A DNA stretch of 40,275 nt from the NCBI GenBank assembly GCA_964427125.1, contig CAYRSM010000004.1, forward strand, positions 1 through 40,275, read 5' to 3'. Both the position numbers and the translations under genes were made by a program. Every line of letters starts with the position of its first letter. The first letter of the stretch is position 1. Below, piece after piece: positions 8,365-18,083 of the stretch. The stretch comes from an uncultured archaeon (GTDB lineage: Archaea; Aenigmatarchaeota; Aenigmatarchaeia; CG10238-14; SCSR01). The notes beneath the pieces were generated by a model. The model searched no databases. It saw nothing but the letters and a program-made list of their open reading frames with translations, and was not told where the DNA came from.

Positions 8365-9336
8365 ATGGACGTGCTGTTTGACGTCGTAGTGCTGGTGATA
8401 TTGATAGCCCTAGCGGCTTTCTTCTCGTGTGCGGAGCTGGCCCTCGTCTCGACAAGCCACATAAAGGTGAAGAGCTTCGTTGACGAGAGGAGGAGGGGAG
8501 CCGATGCCCTGCACAGGCTTAAGAAGAACCCGTGGAGGATGATAACAATCATACTTATTGCAAACACCGTCGTGACCATCGCAGCCGCCTCGTTCGCAGC
8601 CGTGATCGTGACTGACATATTCGGCTCGTCCGGGCTTGGCATAGCGACCGGGGCGATGACACTGATAACGCTTGTTTTCGTGGAGATACTTCCCAAGACG
8701 TTCGCCACAACCCACGCCGGAAGGATATCGCTCGCAGTGGCGGGTTCGATAGAGGCGCTCGGGTATGCCCTCTACCCTCTTGTGGCAGTCTTCGAGCGGC
8801 TCTCGAATTTCGCGATGGGCATGGTAAAGGTCAAAGGAATGGAGCCCGTGACAAAGTCGGAGATAAGGGCTATGATAGAGTTCGGTGGCGAGAAGAACGT
8901 CATCGAGCCCGAGGAGAAGGAGATAATGGAGCGGGCTCTCAGATTCAGCGGCACCAAGGTGCAAGACGTGATGACGCAGTTCGACAGGATACTCTGCCTG
9001 GACGGCAACTCCACCATAGACCACTCCTTCAACCAGATAGCCGCGAGCGGTTTCTCAAGGATACCCGTGTACACTGGCAGGAGGGAGAAGATGATGGGCG
9101 TCCTTTTCGTAAAGAATGTGCTGAAGGCGATGGATGAGGGTAGGGGCGACACGAGGCTGAAAAACATCGCGACAAAGCCCATAGTCGTGTCGAAGGAAAC
9201 CGGCATAGACGACCTGCTGAAGGTGTTCCGGGACAAGAAGATGCACATAGCACTTGTCAGGGATGGGGGCAGGGTCGTCGGTCTGGTCACGATAGAGGAC
9301 ATCCTTGAGGAGCTCATAGGCCATATGGCTTGGTAG
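8365..9336 (+). CDS. CNNM/DUF21 + CBS-domain membrane protein (hemolysin/CorB family)
   Basis: FFSCAELAL, EILPKT, FSRIPVY and GLVTIEDILEELIG motifs. Confidence 0.92.
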   Translation: MDVLFDVVVLVILIALAAFFSCAELALVSTSHIKVKSFVDERRRGADALHRLKKNPWRMITIILIANTVVTIAAASFAAVIVTDIFGSSGLGIATGAMTLITLVFVEILPKTFATTHAGRISLAVAGSIEALGYALYPLVAVFERLSNFAMGMVKVKGMEPVTKSEIRAMIEFGGEKNVIEPEEKEIMERALRFSGTKVQDVMTQFDRILCLDGNSTIDHSFNQIAASGFSRIPVYTGRREKMMGVLFVKNVLKAMDEGRGDTRLKNIATKPIVVSKETGIDDLLKVFRDKKMHIALVRDGGRVVGLVTIEDILEELIGHMAW

Positions 9337-9377
9337 ACCACAAACAATAAGCGTGCATTTTCCCAAATTTTATTTAT

Positions 9378-9510
9378 CTGAATACCCCACCGCTTGCGGT
9401 GGGGATGAAATCGTTTCCTAGTGACGCATAGTCGTTGCAAACCGTTCGTGTGAAATAACCTAGAATATTTTTAGCCACGATGCCCCAGGGCTTGCCCTGG
9501 GGTAGTTCAC
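9378..9510 (+). mobile_element. non-autonomous miniature IS200/IS605-family element (PATE-like)
   Basis: Two analogous hairpins, CCCCACCG-CTTG-CGGTGGGG (9385-9404) and CCCCAGGG-CTTG-CCCTGGGG (9483-9502). Right end GGGGTAGTTCAC. TTTAT just upstream. No transposase ORF. Confidence 0.75.
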
Positions 9511-9513
9511 TCA

Positions 9514-9783
9514 ATGCCAGTAAGGTACAAAGCAGAAAAGCAGGACGTGTGGCTTTGGGCAAAGGCGCTCGCGGGCGTCGGCTTCGTCACATGGCTGCTA
9601 GGTGTGCTCTGGCACGGTGTGTTGGGTTACCCGGACACAATCATGACGATGTTCGGGTACGGCATGTCCGGCTGGAACATGATAATGTCGGTTTACACGC
9701 TGCCGCTGTTCGTGCTTGGCGGTGCGTTCTACGGCTGGCTGTTCGCTGCCATATGGAACTGGATAATCGACATGAAAAAATGA
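9514..9783 (+). CDS. small membrane protein (2 TM)
   Basis: 89-aa hydrophobic ORF ending GWLFAAIWNWI. Confidence 0.7.
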   Translation: MPVRYKAEKQDVWLWAKALAGVGFVTWLLGVLWHGVLGYPDTIMTMFGYGMSGWNMIMSVYTLPLFVLGGAFYGWLFAAIWNWIIDMKK

Positions 9784-9857
9784 GCATGGTTGTGTGCGCG
9801 CCTGCGGTCGTTGCACTGCAGGTGCTTTTGTTTTTTCCATAGAAAGGCTTGGTGCAG

Positions 9858-10493
9858 CTATTTCTTCCTGTAGACAATCTTGTACATCGTGGTGAACGCG
9901 GAAAAGCCGAGCACGGTGCCGAGAAGAGCATCGGGTATGTAGTGCTGTTTGAGGAAGAACGTCGACATTGCCACCAACACCATCAGCGCGAACGCCATGT
10001 AGCCGTAGCCACGCCTAATCTTGTAGTATGTCGCGACCATTATAGCGGATATCGCCATGTGTAGGCTGGGAAAGGCGTTGTACGGGGCGTCACTCTCGTA
10101 GACGAACCTGAGCATGTTAGAGTATATGTCGTCTCCGGTCACGATTGGCCTGGCAACGTACGTCTGCATGAATATGTAGAAGAAGTAGGCAACTAGGTTC
10201 GCTGTTATTAGTGCAAGCGCGAATGGCTTGAACAGCCTGCCCCTAAAGAAGACTGTTACAATTGTCAGGGAAAACACAAAGTAGAACACGGGCGCGTATA
10301 TCGTCACGAACGACGGGATGAGCGGTATCATGCTGTCTATGGGCGTACTCATTATCAGGAGGTTGGATGTGGGTCTGTTCAGGTATGTGTAGGGCATGTT
10401 GCTAGCAAGCACCAAGACCAGAAGCAGGGCGTTTTGCCAGAATGTCTTTTTGTTCCTGACGAAGTGTTTGTGTAATCTGCTGATGTTTGTCAG
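9858..10493 (-). CDS. PAP2-superfamily membrane phosphoesterase/phosphotransferase
   Basis: NAFPSLH and KQHYIPD motifs. Start uncertain: track TTG 10415, or CTG 10493 preceded by GGTGG. Confidence 0.8.
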   Translation of the reverse strand: MTNISRLHKHFVRNKKTFWQNALLLVLVLASNMPYTYLNRPTSNLLIMSTPIDSMIPLIPSFVTIYAPVFYFVFSLTIVTVFFRGRLFKPFALALITANLVAYFFYIFMQTYVARPIVTGDDIYSNMLRFVYESDAPYNAFPSLHMAISAIMVATYYKIRRGYGYMAFALMVLVAMSTFFLKQHYIPDALLGTVLGFSAFTTMYKIVYRKK

Positions 10494-10539
10494 ATGCCAA
10501 CCACCGTTTCTTAAAAATTGGTCGGGACGGTTAATTAAA

Positions 10540-11847
10540 TTATCGCGAGACGCCGCGGCCGGAGCTTCTCCTGAACGGCCTTCTGTGTCCCCCGTCCGTG
10601 TGCGGCCGCCCCTCGCCGAACCTTTGCCCGTGCTCCCTGCGCTGCGGGAACCTTCTCCCGTGTCCTCTCGGTTCCGGGAACCTCCTTCCGGGGAACTCCC
10701 TCCTCTTGTGGTAGTCCTCGTGCGGCTCGACCTTTATTCCCAGCTCCTCGTTCAGCTGTTTCACCGCGGTCTGTGTGTGCTTCAGTATGTTCTGGAAGTC
10801 GTCGTACTCGCGCTGCGTCACAAGAGTGAGGGCCTTGCCAGACTTTCCCGCCCTCGCGGTCCTGCCTATCCTGTGGAAGTACATCATGGGGTCGAACGGA
10901 ACGTCGTAGTTGACAACATGCTCAACCATCGGTATGTCGAGCCCCCTGGCCGCCACGTCCGTGGCCACAAGTATCTGCGCGATACCCTGCTTGAACTTCC
11001 CCAGCGCCTTCTCCCTCCTCTCCTGGTCCAGGTCGCCGTGTATCGCCACGGTCCTGAAACCCCTCCTGTAGAGGTCCTGCGACAGCCGCCTGGTCATCAT
11101 CTTGGTCGAGCAGAAAATCACTATCTTTCCCTTCATAGTCCTCAGTATCTCGGTGAGGTGGTCGAGCTTCCTCCTCTCATCCACGACAAGGTATGTCTGC
11201 TCTATGAGGTCGGCGCTGAGGTCGTCGGTGTCCAGCAGCACTTTGACGGGGCTCTTCATGTATTTCTCCGAGAGCTTGATTATCTCCGGAGGCATCGTGG
11301 CGGAAAACAGCATGGTCTGCCTCTCCTTCGGCACGTTGTCCATCACAAACTTTATGTCGTCTATGAAACCCATGTCGAACATCCTGTCAGCCTCGTCAAG
11401 GACGACATACTTCACGTTCTTGAAGCTTGTGGCCCCCTTCTTGAAAAGGTCTATGAGCCTTCCCGGAGTGGCGACTATTATCTGCTGCCCCCACTTCAAC
11501 GAGTCTATCTGCGTCTGGAGGTTTGTCCCGCCGTACAGCGTGACAGACTTCACACCAGTGTTGACCGACGCCTTTTTGATTTCCTCCCTGATCTGTAAGG
11601 CAAGCTCCCTCGTGGGGGTGATTATGAGCGCGACGGGACCCCAAAAGTCGGGGTCTATCTTGTCTATTATGGGCAGCCCGAAGGCGAATGTCTTCCCGGT
11701 GCCCGTGTGTGCCTGGCCTATGACATCCTCACCCTTCATCGCATGCGGTATCGCGTTCTCCTGTATGGGCGTGAGCTCGGTTATGCCTGCCGCACTCAGC
11801 GCGCTCACTATCTCCTTCTTGAGACCCAGTTCCGAAAACTTCACCAT
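10540..11847 (-). CDS. DEAD-box RNA helicase
   Basis: GTGKT, PTRELA, DEAD, SAT, HRIGRTAR motifs, Arg/Gly-rich tail, GGTGA RBS. Confidence 0.96.
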   Translation of the reverse strand: MVKFSELGLKKEIVSALSAAGITELTPIQENAIPHAMKGEDVIGQAHTGTGKTFAFGLPIIDKIDPDFWGPVALIITPTRELALQIREEIKKASVNTGVKSVTLYGGTNLQTQIDSLKWGQQIIVATPGRLIDLFKKGATSFKNVKYVVLDEADRMFDMGFIDDIKFVMDNVPKERQTMLFSATMPPEIIKLSEKYMKSPVKVLLDTDDLSADLIEQTYLVVDERRKLDHLTEILRTMKGKIVIFCSTKMMTRRLSQDLYRRGFRTVAIHGDLDQERREKALGKFKQGIAQILVATDVAARGLDIPMVEHVVNYDVPFDPMMYFHRIGRTARAGKSGKALTLVTQREYDDFQNILKHTQTAVKQLNEELGIKVEPHEDYHKRREFPGRRFPEPRGHGRRFPQRREHGQRFGEGRPHTDGGHRRPFRRSSGRGVSR

Positions 11848-11900
11848 TCTTATCACCTATACTTTAGTAAAAGAATCTATTTCTGTATTTTTAAACCAAC

Positions 11901-13214
11901 CTATGCCTCGCCAGAAAGCTTAACGTTCTTCCCCAGCAGCCTGCTCAGCTTTTGCTCCAAGCCTGATTTTTTCGAGGAAATGTCGCCTGCGAGCCTTTCC
12001 AATGATGCCCTCTCCTTAGGCAGTTCGGCCTCGGCCTCCGTTATTTTCCTGTTCATTGATTCCAGTTCCGATTTGAGCCTGTTTATCCTCTCCTGTATGC
12101 TGGATTTTGAGATTTTGTCTTCGACATCACTGAGCTTTCCCGAAAGCAGCTTGATATCGCCGGATATTTTTTTGGGAAAATCTGACGACAGCAATGATTC
12201 GACAATCTCCAGAGTCTTGGCAGACCTTTCCTTCAGCTCAAGCTTGCCCATGTTTGCCCGGAGAGCTTTCAGAAGGCTTGTGAACGATTCTGCATCGCCG
12301 AGCACTGCGTCCGCGGGATTTTCAAGGAACACGTTGACGAACCTTTTGTTGCCAAACGATACCTCGCCGTCCTCGATGGACTTTTTGAATTTCTTCACGG
12401 CCTTTTCCAGAGGGGATGTGCTTGCCGCCGCCTCGCTTGTCACCCTTGACATTCTCATTTGTACCTCCTCCTTTTCTAGCGCCATCCTTTCAAAATCCTT
12501 GGCCTCGTCGCTCGTTGAAATGTTCAAAATATCCTTCTTTAGGCGCTCCTCGTCGCCCTTCATTTCCATTATCTTGCGCTCCGCATCATTCAGCCCCGAT
12601 TTTTTCCCACGATAGGAAGCTATTGATGATTGGATATTTTTCAGCTCCGATTTGCATAATCCTATATCATCCACTCCCTTTTTGCTAGGTTCAATCGTCC
12701 TTCCAAGCTCACCCGACAGTTTCGCCAATCTTTTGAAGCTGTCCAGGGCAACAGAGGACTCCTTTCTGAACAGTTCTCCGAAAAATCTGTAGTCCGCAAA
12801 TGCGGTGCTGTTCACATTCTTCAGTATGGCCACGGAAGATTCGACAAAACTGATTACAGAGTCCATGTCATCGCCCATCGGCTTTCTGAGGTCCCTTGTC
12901 ATGGAGTTCATCCTCTCGATGAAGTTCCTCCTGCCTGCCATAGCCGCGGACAGTATGCGCTGGTTCATGGCGTCTTTGTCCACGTCCTCGCTATGTTGTG
13001 CGCCTGCCAGATTTTTGATGGCGCCCTCCAGTTCGGTCACGCATCTCTGCATCTCCGAGTATTTCGGCTTGGCGTTTTCCATCAATTCCCTGGCCGTCTC
13101 TTCCCGCCTTCTTTCCAAAAGGTCATGCGCACGATTGATTGTCATCGTTTCCGAATCGGGTTCCTTTTCGGTTTCCGCCCTGCCGCCCCCGAATATCCTT
13201 TCAAGCAATCCCAT
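11901..13214 (-). CDS. long coiled-coil hypothetical protein
   Basis: ~437 aa, E/K/L-rich heptads, N-terminus MGLLERIFGG. No ATPase motif. Confidence 0.75.
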   Translation of the reverse strand: MGLLERIFGGGRAETEKEPDSETMTINRAHDLLERRREETARELMENAKPKYSEMQRCVTELEGAIKNLAGAQHSEDVDKDAMNQRILSAAMAGRRNFIERMNSMTRDLRKPMGDDMDSVISFVESSVAILKNVNSTAFADYRFFGELFRKESSVALDSFKRLAKLSGELGRTIEPSKKGVDDIGLCKSELKNIQSSIASYRGKKSGLNDAERKIMEMKGDEERLKKDILNISTSDEAKDFERMALEKEEVQMRMSRVTSEAAASTSPLEKAVKKFKKSIEDGEVSFGNKRFVNVFLENPADAVLGDAESFTSLLKALRANMGKLELKERSAKTLEIVESLLSSDFPKKISGDIKLLSGKLSDVEDKISKSSIQERINRLKSELESMNRKITEAEAELPKERASLERLAGDISSKKSGLEQKLSRLLGKNVKLSGEA

Positions 13215-13266
13215 AATCAACCATCCGCTCCCGAAGCTTAAAAGCGCCTTCTGGTTTATTTATGTT

Positions 13267-13497
13267 ATGACAATCGCTGTGAAGGTCTCGCCGAACGCGA
13301 AAAAACCCGGCGTGGAAAAGCTTGACGAGAAGACGTTCAGGGTAAGGGTGGACGCAAGGCCGGTGGAGGGCGAGGCGAACAAGCGGCTCGTAGAGATTCT
13401 CGCCGACTATTTTGGTGTGACCAAGTCGTCGATTCGCATAGTGAGGGGTTTCACTGGCAGGAACAAGGTTGTAGAAGTGGGTGTGCGGGGCGATTGA
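13267..13497 (+). CDS. DUF167/UPF0235 family protein
   Basis: VKVSPNAK..PVEGEANKRLVEILADYF..GFTGRNK. Confidence 0.9.
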   Translation: MTIAVKVSPNAKKPGVEKLDEKTFRVRVDARPVEGEANKRLVEILADYFGVTKSSIRIVRGFTGRNKVVEVGVRGD

Positions 13498-13553
13498 TTG
13501 CATCACGTCAAACGTTCAAATAAACTCTGGCACAACTATCTTTCAGGTAGAAA

Positions 13554-14522
13554 ATGATAATAGATGTAAGAGGCATTACAAAGAGGTTCAACCATTTTAC
13601 CGCCGTAAACGGCGTCAGCTTTTCTATAAAAGAGGGTGAGGTTTTCGGTCTGCTCGGCCCCAACGGTGCCGGCAAGACAACCACGCTCCACATGCTCGCC
13701 ACTCTGCTGAAGCCCACCTGCGGCTCGGCGTACGTGAACAATCATGAGATATCAAGGGAGCCGTCGGCGGTCAGGGCCAGCATAGGGATAGTCTTCCAGG
13801 ATCCGAGCTCCGACGACCTTCTTACCGGCTACGAGAACCTCAGGCTGCACGCGCTGATGTACGGCGTGCCGATGTCCACGGTCAGGCAGAGGATAAAGGA
13901 GGCGCTGGAAATAGTCGATCTCACCGACAGGAAGGACGACCTCGTCAAGAAGTACTCGGGAGGGATGAGGAGGAGGCTGGAGATGGCGCGGGGACTGCTG
14001 CACACGCCGAAGGTGCTGTTTTTGGACGAACCCACATTGGGCCTTGACCCGCAGACACGGGAGAAGATGTGGACGTACATAAAGGACATGGTGAAGAGGA
14101 AAAAGGTCACAATCATAATAACCACCCACTACATGGACGAGGCCGACAGGCTGTGCGACAGGATAGCCATCATCGACAAGGGAAAGATAGTTGTCATAGG
14201 CTCGCCCGAGAAGCTCAAGAAGACCATAGGCGGGGACATAATAAGGCTGAGCATAAGGCGGCCGCATGTCAACGCGCTGAAAAGGCTCAGGTACGTCAAG
14301 AAGGTCGGCAAGCTCAGCAGCGGCATCGCGCTTACCGTGGAGAACGCCAACAAGCACCTTCAGGAGATACTCGGGGTCGTCGGGAATGTCGAGTCTGTCG
14401 AGGTGCGCTCGCCCACTCTGGACGACGTTTTCCTTTATTACACGGGAAGGGCCTTGCACGAGGAGCAGGCGGAGGGCGGCTTCTGGGAGAGGGCTGAGAG
14501 CTATATGGCGGGGAGAAGATGA
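13554..14522 (+). CDS. ABC exporter ATP-binding subunit (DrrA-like)
   Basis: GPNGAGKT, YSGGM, LFLDEPT, TTHY motifs. Confidence 0.95.
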   Translation: MIIDVRGITKRFNHFTAVNGVSFSIKEGEVFGLLGPNGAGKTTTLHMLATLLKPTCGSAYVNNHEISREPSAVRASIGIVFQDPSSDDLLTGYENLRLHALMYGVPMSTVRQRIKEALEIVDLTDRKDDLVKKYSGGMRRRLEMARGLLHTPKVLFLDEPTLGLDPQTREKMWTYIKDMVKRKKVTIIITTHYMDEADRLCDRIAIIDKGKIVVIGSPEKLKKTIGGDIIRLSIRRPHVNALKRLRYVKKVGKLSSGIALTVENANKHLQEILGVVGNVESVEVRSPTLDDVFLYYTGRALHEEQAEGGFWERAESYMAGRR

Positions 14523-15265
14523 GCGAGCTGGGCGGACTTTACGCAATCTGGGAGAGGGAGTTCAAGGTCTACCTGAGGGAGCATTCAAGGATTTTTTCCT
14601 CCATAGTCAACCCTCTTTTCTGGCTTGTCGTGTTCGGGGGCGGGCTGGGTTCGAGGTTCTCCGTCGAGAACGTTGGCTACCAAGTGTTCATCTACCCGGG
14701 AATCATAGTCATGTCGGTCCTTTTCTCCTCGATATTCTACGGCGCCTATGTAGTGTGGGACAAGAGGCTCGACTTCCTCAAGGAGGTGCTCGTCTCCCCT
14801 CTCAGGAGGTCGACCATCTTCATGGGAAAGGTCTTGGGTGGGGTCACGGACGGTCTCATACAGGCCAGTATCCTGCTGTTGCTTGCACCCTTCTTCGGCA
14901 TAAACATCGCCATGACCTTCGCGATAATCTACCTCTCCCTCTTCGTGCTGGTGGTCGGGCTCGTCAGCATAGGCCTGATAATCGGCAGCGTCATGGAGTC
15001 TCCCGAGGGCTTCGGCTTCATAGTGGGCTTCATCAACTTTCCCCTTTTCTTCCTCTCCGGGGCTCTCTTTCCAATCGACAACCTGCCGAGCTGGCTTACC
15101 CTGTTCACAAGGATAAACCCGGTCACATACGGCGTGGACATCGTGAGGGGGCTGACTCTCGGGCTGAACACCTTCAACATGCTCTTCGACTTCTCGGTGG
15201 TCTTGGCATTCGCGCTCATCATGGTCGCGCTTGGGACTGTTGCCTTCAACAGGATGAAGCTTTGA
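14519..15265 (+). CDS. ABC-2 type permease
   Basis: Multi-TM protein with FFLSGALFP and NPVTY. ATGA overlap with the ATPase gene. Confidence 0.93.
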   Translation: MSELGGLYAIWEREFKVYLREHSRIFSSIVNPLFWLVVFGGGLGSRFSVENVGYQVFIYPGIIVMSVLFSSIFYGAYVVWDKRLDFLKEVLVSPLRRSTIFMGKVLGGVTDGLIQASILLLLAPFFGINIAMTFAIIYLSLFVLVVGLVSIGLIIGSVMESPEGFGFIVGFINFPLFFLSGALFPIDNLPSWLTLFTRINPVTYGVDIVRGLTLGLNTFNMLFDFSVVLAFALIMVALGTVAFNRMKL

Positions 15266-15307
15266 GCCAGGCCAACGAATAAATAGGGCCGGGGCGAAGA
15301 TTACCTT

Positions 15308-16132
15308 ATGGGCGTGATCAATTTTCCGAGAAAAACCAATCCGTCCGAAGATTCCGCGAGTCTTAAGGACCTTGAGAGCCTTGAGATGAAGCTCATAAAC
15401 ACAATAAACGGGCTGGACGATGTCAAGGCGAAGATAGACGAGTCCTCGCTCAAGATACTGGAGGAGATAAAGGCCACTTTCACGGACATGCTGGGCCAGT
15501 TCAAGAGCATGCGAGCCGACATGGAGACGCTGTCGGACTTTGTGAAGCATGTCCCCAAGGAGACGCTGTTGGAGCTGAGCAACATCAAGAAGAGCCAGCC
15601 CATCATGTATGACGAGCTGAAGTTGTCCATAAACGAGAACATCAACAAGTCCGTCCTCAATGCGGTGGATACGGGCATACTGACAATAGTGAAGGGTGCT
15701 GGAAAGCTGGACAGCCACGACCTTCTGGAGAAGGTGGAGGCAGCGCGCGTATGCTCGAAGAACACCTTTTTCAGCCATCTCTCCCGCCTTGAGGATAAGG
15801 GGTTTTTGGTCAGGAAGATGTCCGGTCACAAGGCGATGTACTCGGTCACGGAAGCGGTTGCCCTTGAGCTGGACAAGAAGGCTGCGGCAGGTAAAATCAA
15901 AAACGAAGCGCCTGCTGAAGTCAAACCGGCGGAAGCGCCTGTTAAGCCAGCCGAAAGCGCTCCTCAGCCGCCTGTCCAACCGAAGACTCAGGAAAATGCA
16001 CCCCAACCGGTCCAGCAACCGCCTTTGGAAGGCGCCGCCCGGCAGCTGGTTCCGGAAAAACAGCCGGAAAGCGCGCCATATCCTGCAAAACAGTCCCCAA
16101 AGCAGGGAACGAAAAAGTCGGACAAATCCTAG
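15308..16132 (+). CDS. coiled-coil + winged-helix protein with Pro/Gln/Ala-rich tail
   Basis: N-terminal heptads, SKNTFFSHLSRLEDKGFL wHTH, low-complexity C-terminus. Confidence 0.7.
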   Translation: MGVINFPRKTNPSEDSASLKDLESLEMKLINTINGLDDVKAKIDESSLKILEEIKATFTDMLGQFKSMRADMETLSDFVKHVPKETLLELSNIKKSQPIMYDELKLSINENINKSVLNAVDTGILTIVKGAGKLDSHDLLEKVEAARVCSKNTFFSHLSRLEDKGFLVRKMSGHKAMYSVTEAVALELDKKAAAGKIKNEAPAEVKPAEAPVKPAESAPQPPVQPKTQENAPQPVQQPPLEGAARQLVPEKQPESAPYPAKQSPKQGTKKSDKS

Positions 16133-16196
16133 TTTCTATACATTGAACCTATATTCCACAAGATATATATCCTTGTACCACTAAATAATAAAGACT

Positions 16197-16424
16197 ATGA
16201 GAGGAAGAAGTACGAATTTCGAATACCTTGGTGTGGAAATAATGAAGATACTGGAGGAGGCGAGCGTGCCGATGTCCGCATTGGGCATCAATTTCGCCAT
16301 AAACTCCAAGCTGGACAGGATAGTGGAGCTCAATACTGTAAAGACCCACCTTTCCACCCTGGTTAAGAGCAGGAAGCTCGCCGCAAAGGAAAGGGACAAG
16401 ATAGTATTTTACAAGCTGCACTAG
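16197..16424 (+). CDS. small winged-helix protein
   Basis: EIMKILEEASVPMSA..NTVKTHLSTLVKSRKL..IVFY pattern. Confidence 0.7.
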   Translation: MRGRSTNFEYLGVEIMKILEEASVPMSALGINFAINSKLDRIVELNTVKTHLSTLVKSRKLAAKERDKIVFYKLH

Positions 16425-16479
16425 GCCTTGTACACTATCGATTAATAAATAAATCCTGGGTCAGTCATAATTAGTAAAT

Positions 16480-16827
16480 ATGCAGGTCGTAAACCGGCTC
16501 CTCTACGGCACCCACCCGAAGACGGGGAGGATAAAGGAGAGGACGGTGCAGATAGTGAAGGTCCTCAAGAACAACAACGGGAGGATAGAGGCCAAGCAGC
16601 TGGAGGAGGCGCTGGGCATATCCAGGCTCCAGAGGCCGGCCATGTTCTACAAACCCCTGCATTTCATGAGGAAATGGGGCATGATAAGGGTGCACAAGAA
16701 CGTGCTGTTCGACGAGAGGGGGAAGAAGAGGTTCCAGACCATCTACGAGTACACACCGCACATGTTCTACCAGTACATACAGAGGACCCTTTTCGAGCTT
16801 GTAAAAAGAGAGCTGGACACAGTTTAG
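16480..16827 (+). CDS. winged-helix-like protein
   Basis: KQLEEALGIS..FYKPLHFMRKWGMI followed by a beta wing. Confidence 0.65.
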   Translation: MQVVNRLLYGTHPKTGRIKERTVQIVKVLKNNNGRIEAKQLEEALGISRLQRPAMFYKPLHFMRKWGMIRVHKNVLFDERGKKRFQTIYEYTPHMFYQYIQRTLFELVKRELDTV

Positions 16828-16839
16828 CACAGGCTCGTT

Positions 16840-17556
16840 CTAGCCGACGACCTTTACTCCGGGCATAACCCATTTTTCACTTCTTCTTTCCTTCGCCCGC
16901 CCGATTATCTCCTCGGGAACAGTTGTCACGCAACCCTTTGCGCCTTTCAGGTCCAGCCCCAGTTGCACGACCATCGACGCCATTGACATCGGGTCCCTCA
17001 GCTCAAAGTGGCTTATCCCGCCAGAACAGACTACAAGAGGGGCCTTGTACTTTTTCGCCAGCATGACGTTCTGCCTCATCTGCTTCAGTATCTTTGCCCT
17101 GTTGTAGCCGCTCGTCGTCATGATGCTCCTCAAGTTTATCTCTATCGCGACGTTGTTCTTCGCGGCTAGCTTGGCAAGCGTGTGGTTCATTCCCGAATCG
17201 TTGCGTCCGTACTCGGGGCGGGACAGTATGTCTACCTCTGGAGTCTCCACGGCGGCACGGTTAGTTTCGAGGTCGCCGCCCCTGACTAGGAGTATGTCGA
17301 ACATCCTTCTCATCTCTGCGAGTTTCCTAAGCTCCCTGATGTCCCTCGCTTCAAATCCCGAAAATGTCCTTACCCCCACTACCTTCTCGACCCTTTCTAT
17401 CTCGGTCTCGATTATCTCCAGCTGCCTCTGGTCCTTCCAGTGAGCGGTAAAGCAGAACCCCGAATATCCGAGATCCTTCGCCATCCGGGCGAGCTGTTCA
17501 AGAGTCGACTCGCCCTCGCTGAACTCGCTGTGCACGTGTAGGTCGTATGCTCTCAT
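16840..17556 (-). CDS. rnp3: ribonuclease P protein component 3 (Rpp30)
   Basis: YDLHVH, NRAAVETPEVDIL, LAAKNNVAIEIN, ELRDP motifs. Start at MRAYDLH. Confidence 0.88.
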   Translation of the reverse strand: MRAYDLHVHSEFSEGESTLEQLARMAKDLGYSGFCFTAHWKDQRQLEIIETEIERVEKVVGVRTFSGFEARDIRELRKLAEMRRMFDILLVRGGDLETNRAAVETPEVDILSRPEYGRNDSGMNHTLAKLAAKNNVAIEINLRSIMTTSGYNRAKILKQMRQNVMLAKKYKAPLVVCSGGISHFELRDPMSMASMVVQLGLDLKGAKGCVTTVPEEIIGRAKERRSEKWVMPGVKVVG

Positions 17557-17647
17557 AATACCTATTTGTGTGTGATAGGGATTTAACAAAGCGCAAAAAC
17601 ATTTATAAGCGTATTCACGATAATTAAAGAATTGGAAAGGTGGGAAT

Positions 17648-18073
17648 TTGCCGAAAGAGTTCAAGATGAAGGGAAGGAGCCTGGAGCAGATAAAGCAGCT
17701 CAGCACGGACGACTTTGCAAAGCTAATAGGAAGCCGCGAGCGCAGGCACCTGAAGCGCGGGATGGGTTCTGACGAGAAGAAGTTCTTGGACAACATAAAG
17801 AAGCAGCCGGACAAGTTCCACAAGACCCACCTCAGGCACATGGTCATTTTGCCGCAGATGATCGGGGTGAAGATTGGCGTTTATGTCGGCGGCGCAAAGG
17901 CGGAGGAGGGCGGTTCTGCGAAGGAGAGCGAGAAGTGGACCACGCTGACGGTGACCCCCGACATGATAGGGCACAGGCTTGGGGAGTTTTCTGTGACCAC
18001 AAAGCACGTGAGGCACAGCGCGCCGGGACTGGGTGCGACAAGGGGCTCCAAGTTCTACGCTACAAAGACCTAG
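17648..18073 (+). CDS. rps19p: 30S ribosomal protein uS19
   Basis: KTHLRHMVILPQMIG, MIGHRLGEF, HSAPGLGATRGSKF. TTG start. Confidence 0.95.
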   Translation: MPKEFKMKGRSLEQIKQLSTDDFAKLIGSRERRHLKRGMGSDEKKFLDNIKKQPDKFHKTHLRHMVILPQMIGVKIGVYVGGAKAEEGGSAKESEKWTTLTVTPDMIGHRLGEFSVTTKHVRHSAPGLGATRGSKFYATKT

Positions 18074-18083
18074 GTGACATGAG

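Noticed and set aside
10396-11923. Long antisense ORFs (10396-11598 here; also 7434-8708, 14585-16018, 32529-33599)
   Set aside because: Shadow frames opposite well-supported genes, expected from the codon bias. No recognisable motifs.
17885-17935. uS19 loop insertion as an intron
   Set aside because: Purine-rich and in frame with no BHB fold. It reads as a protein loop.
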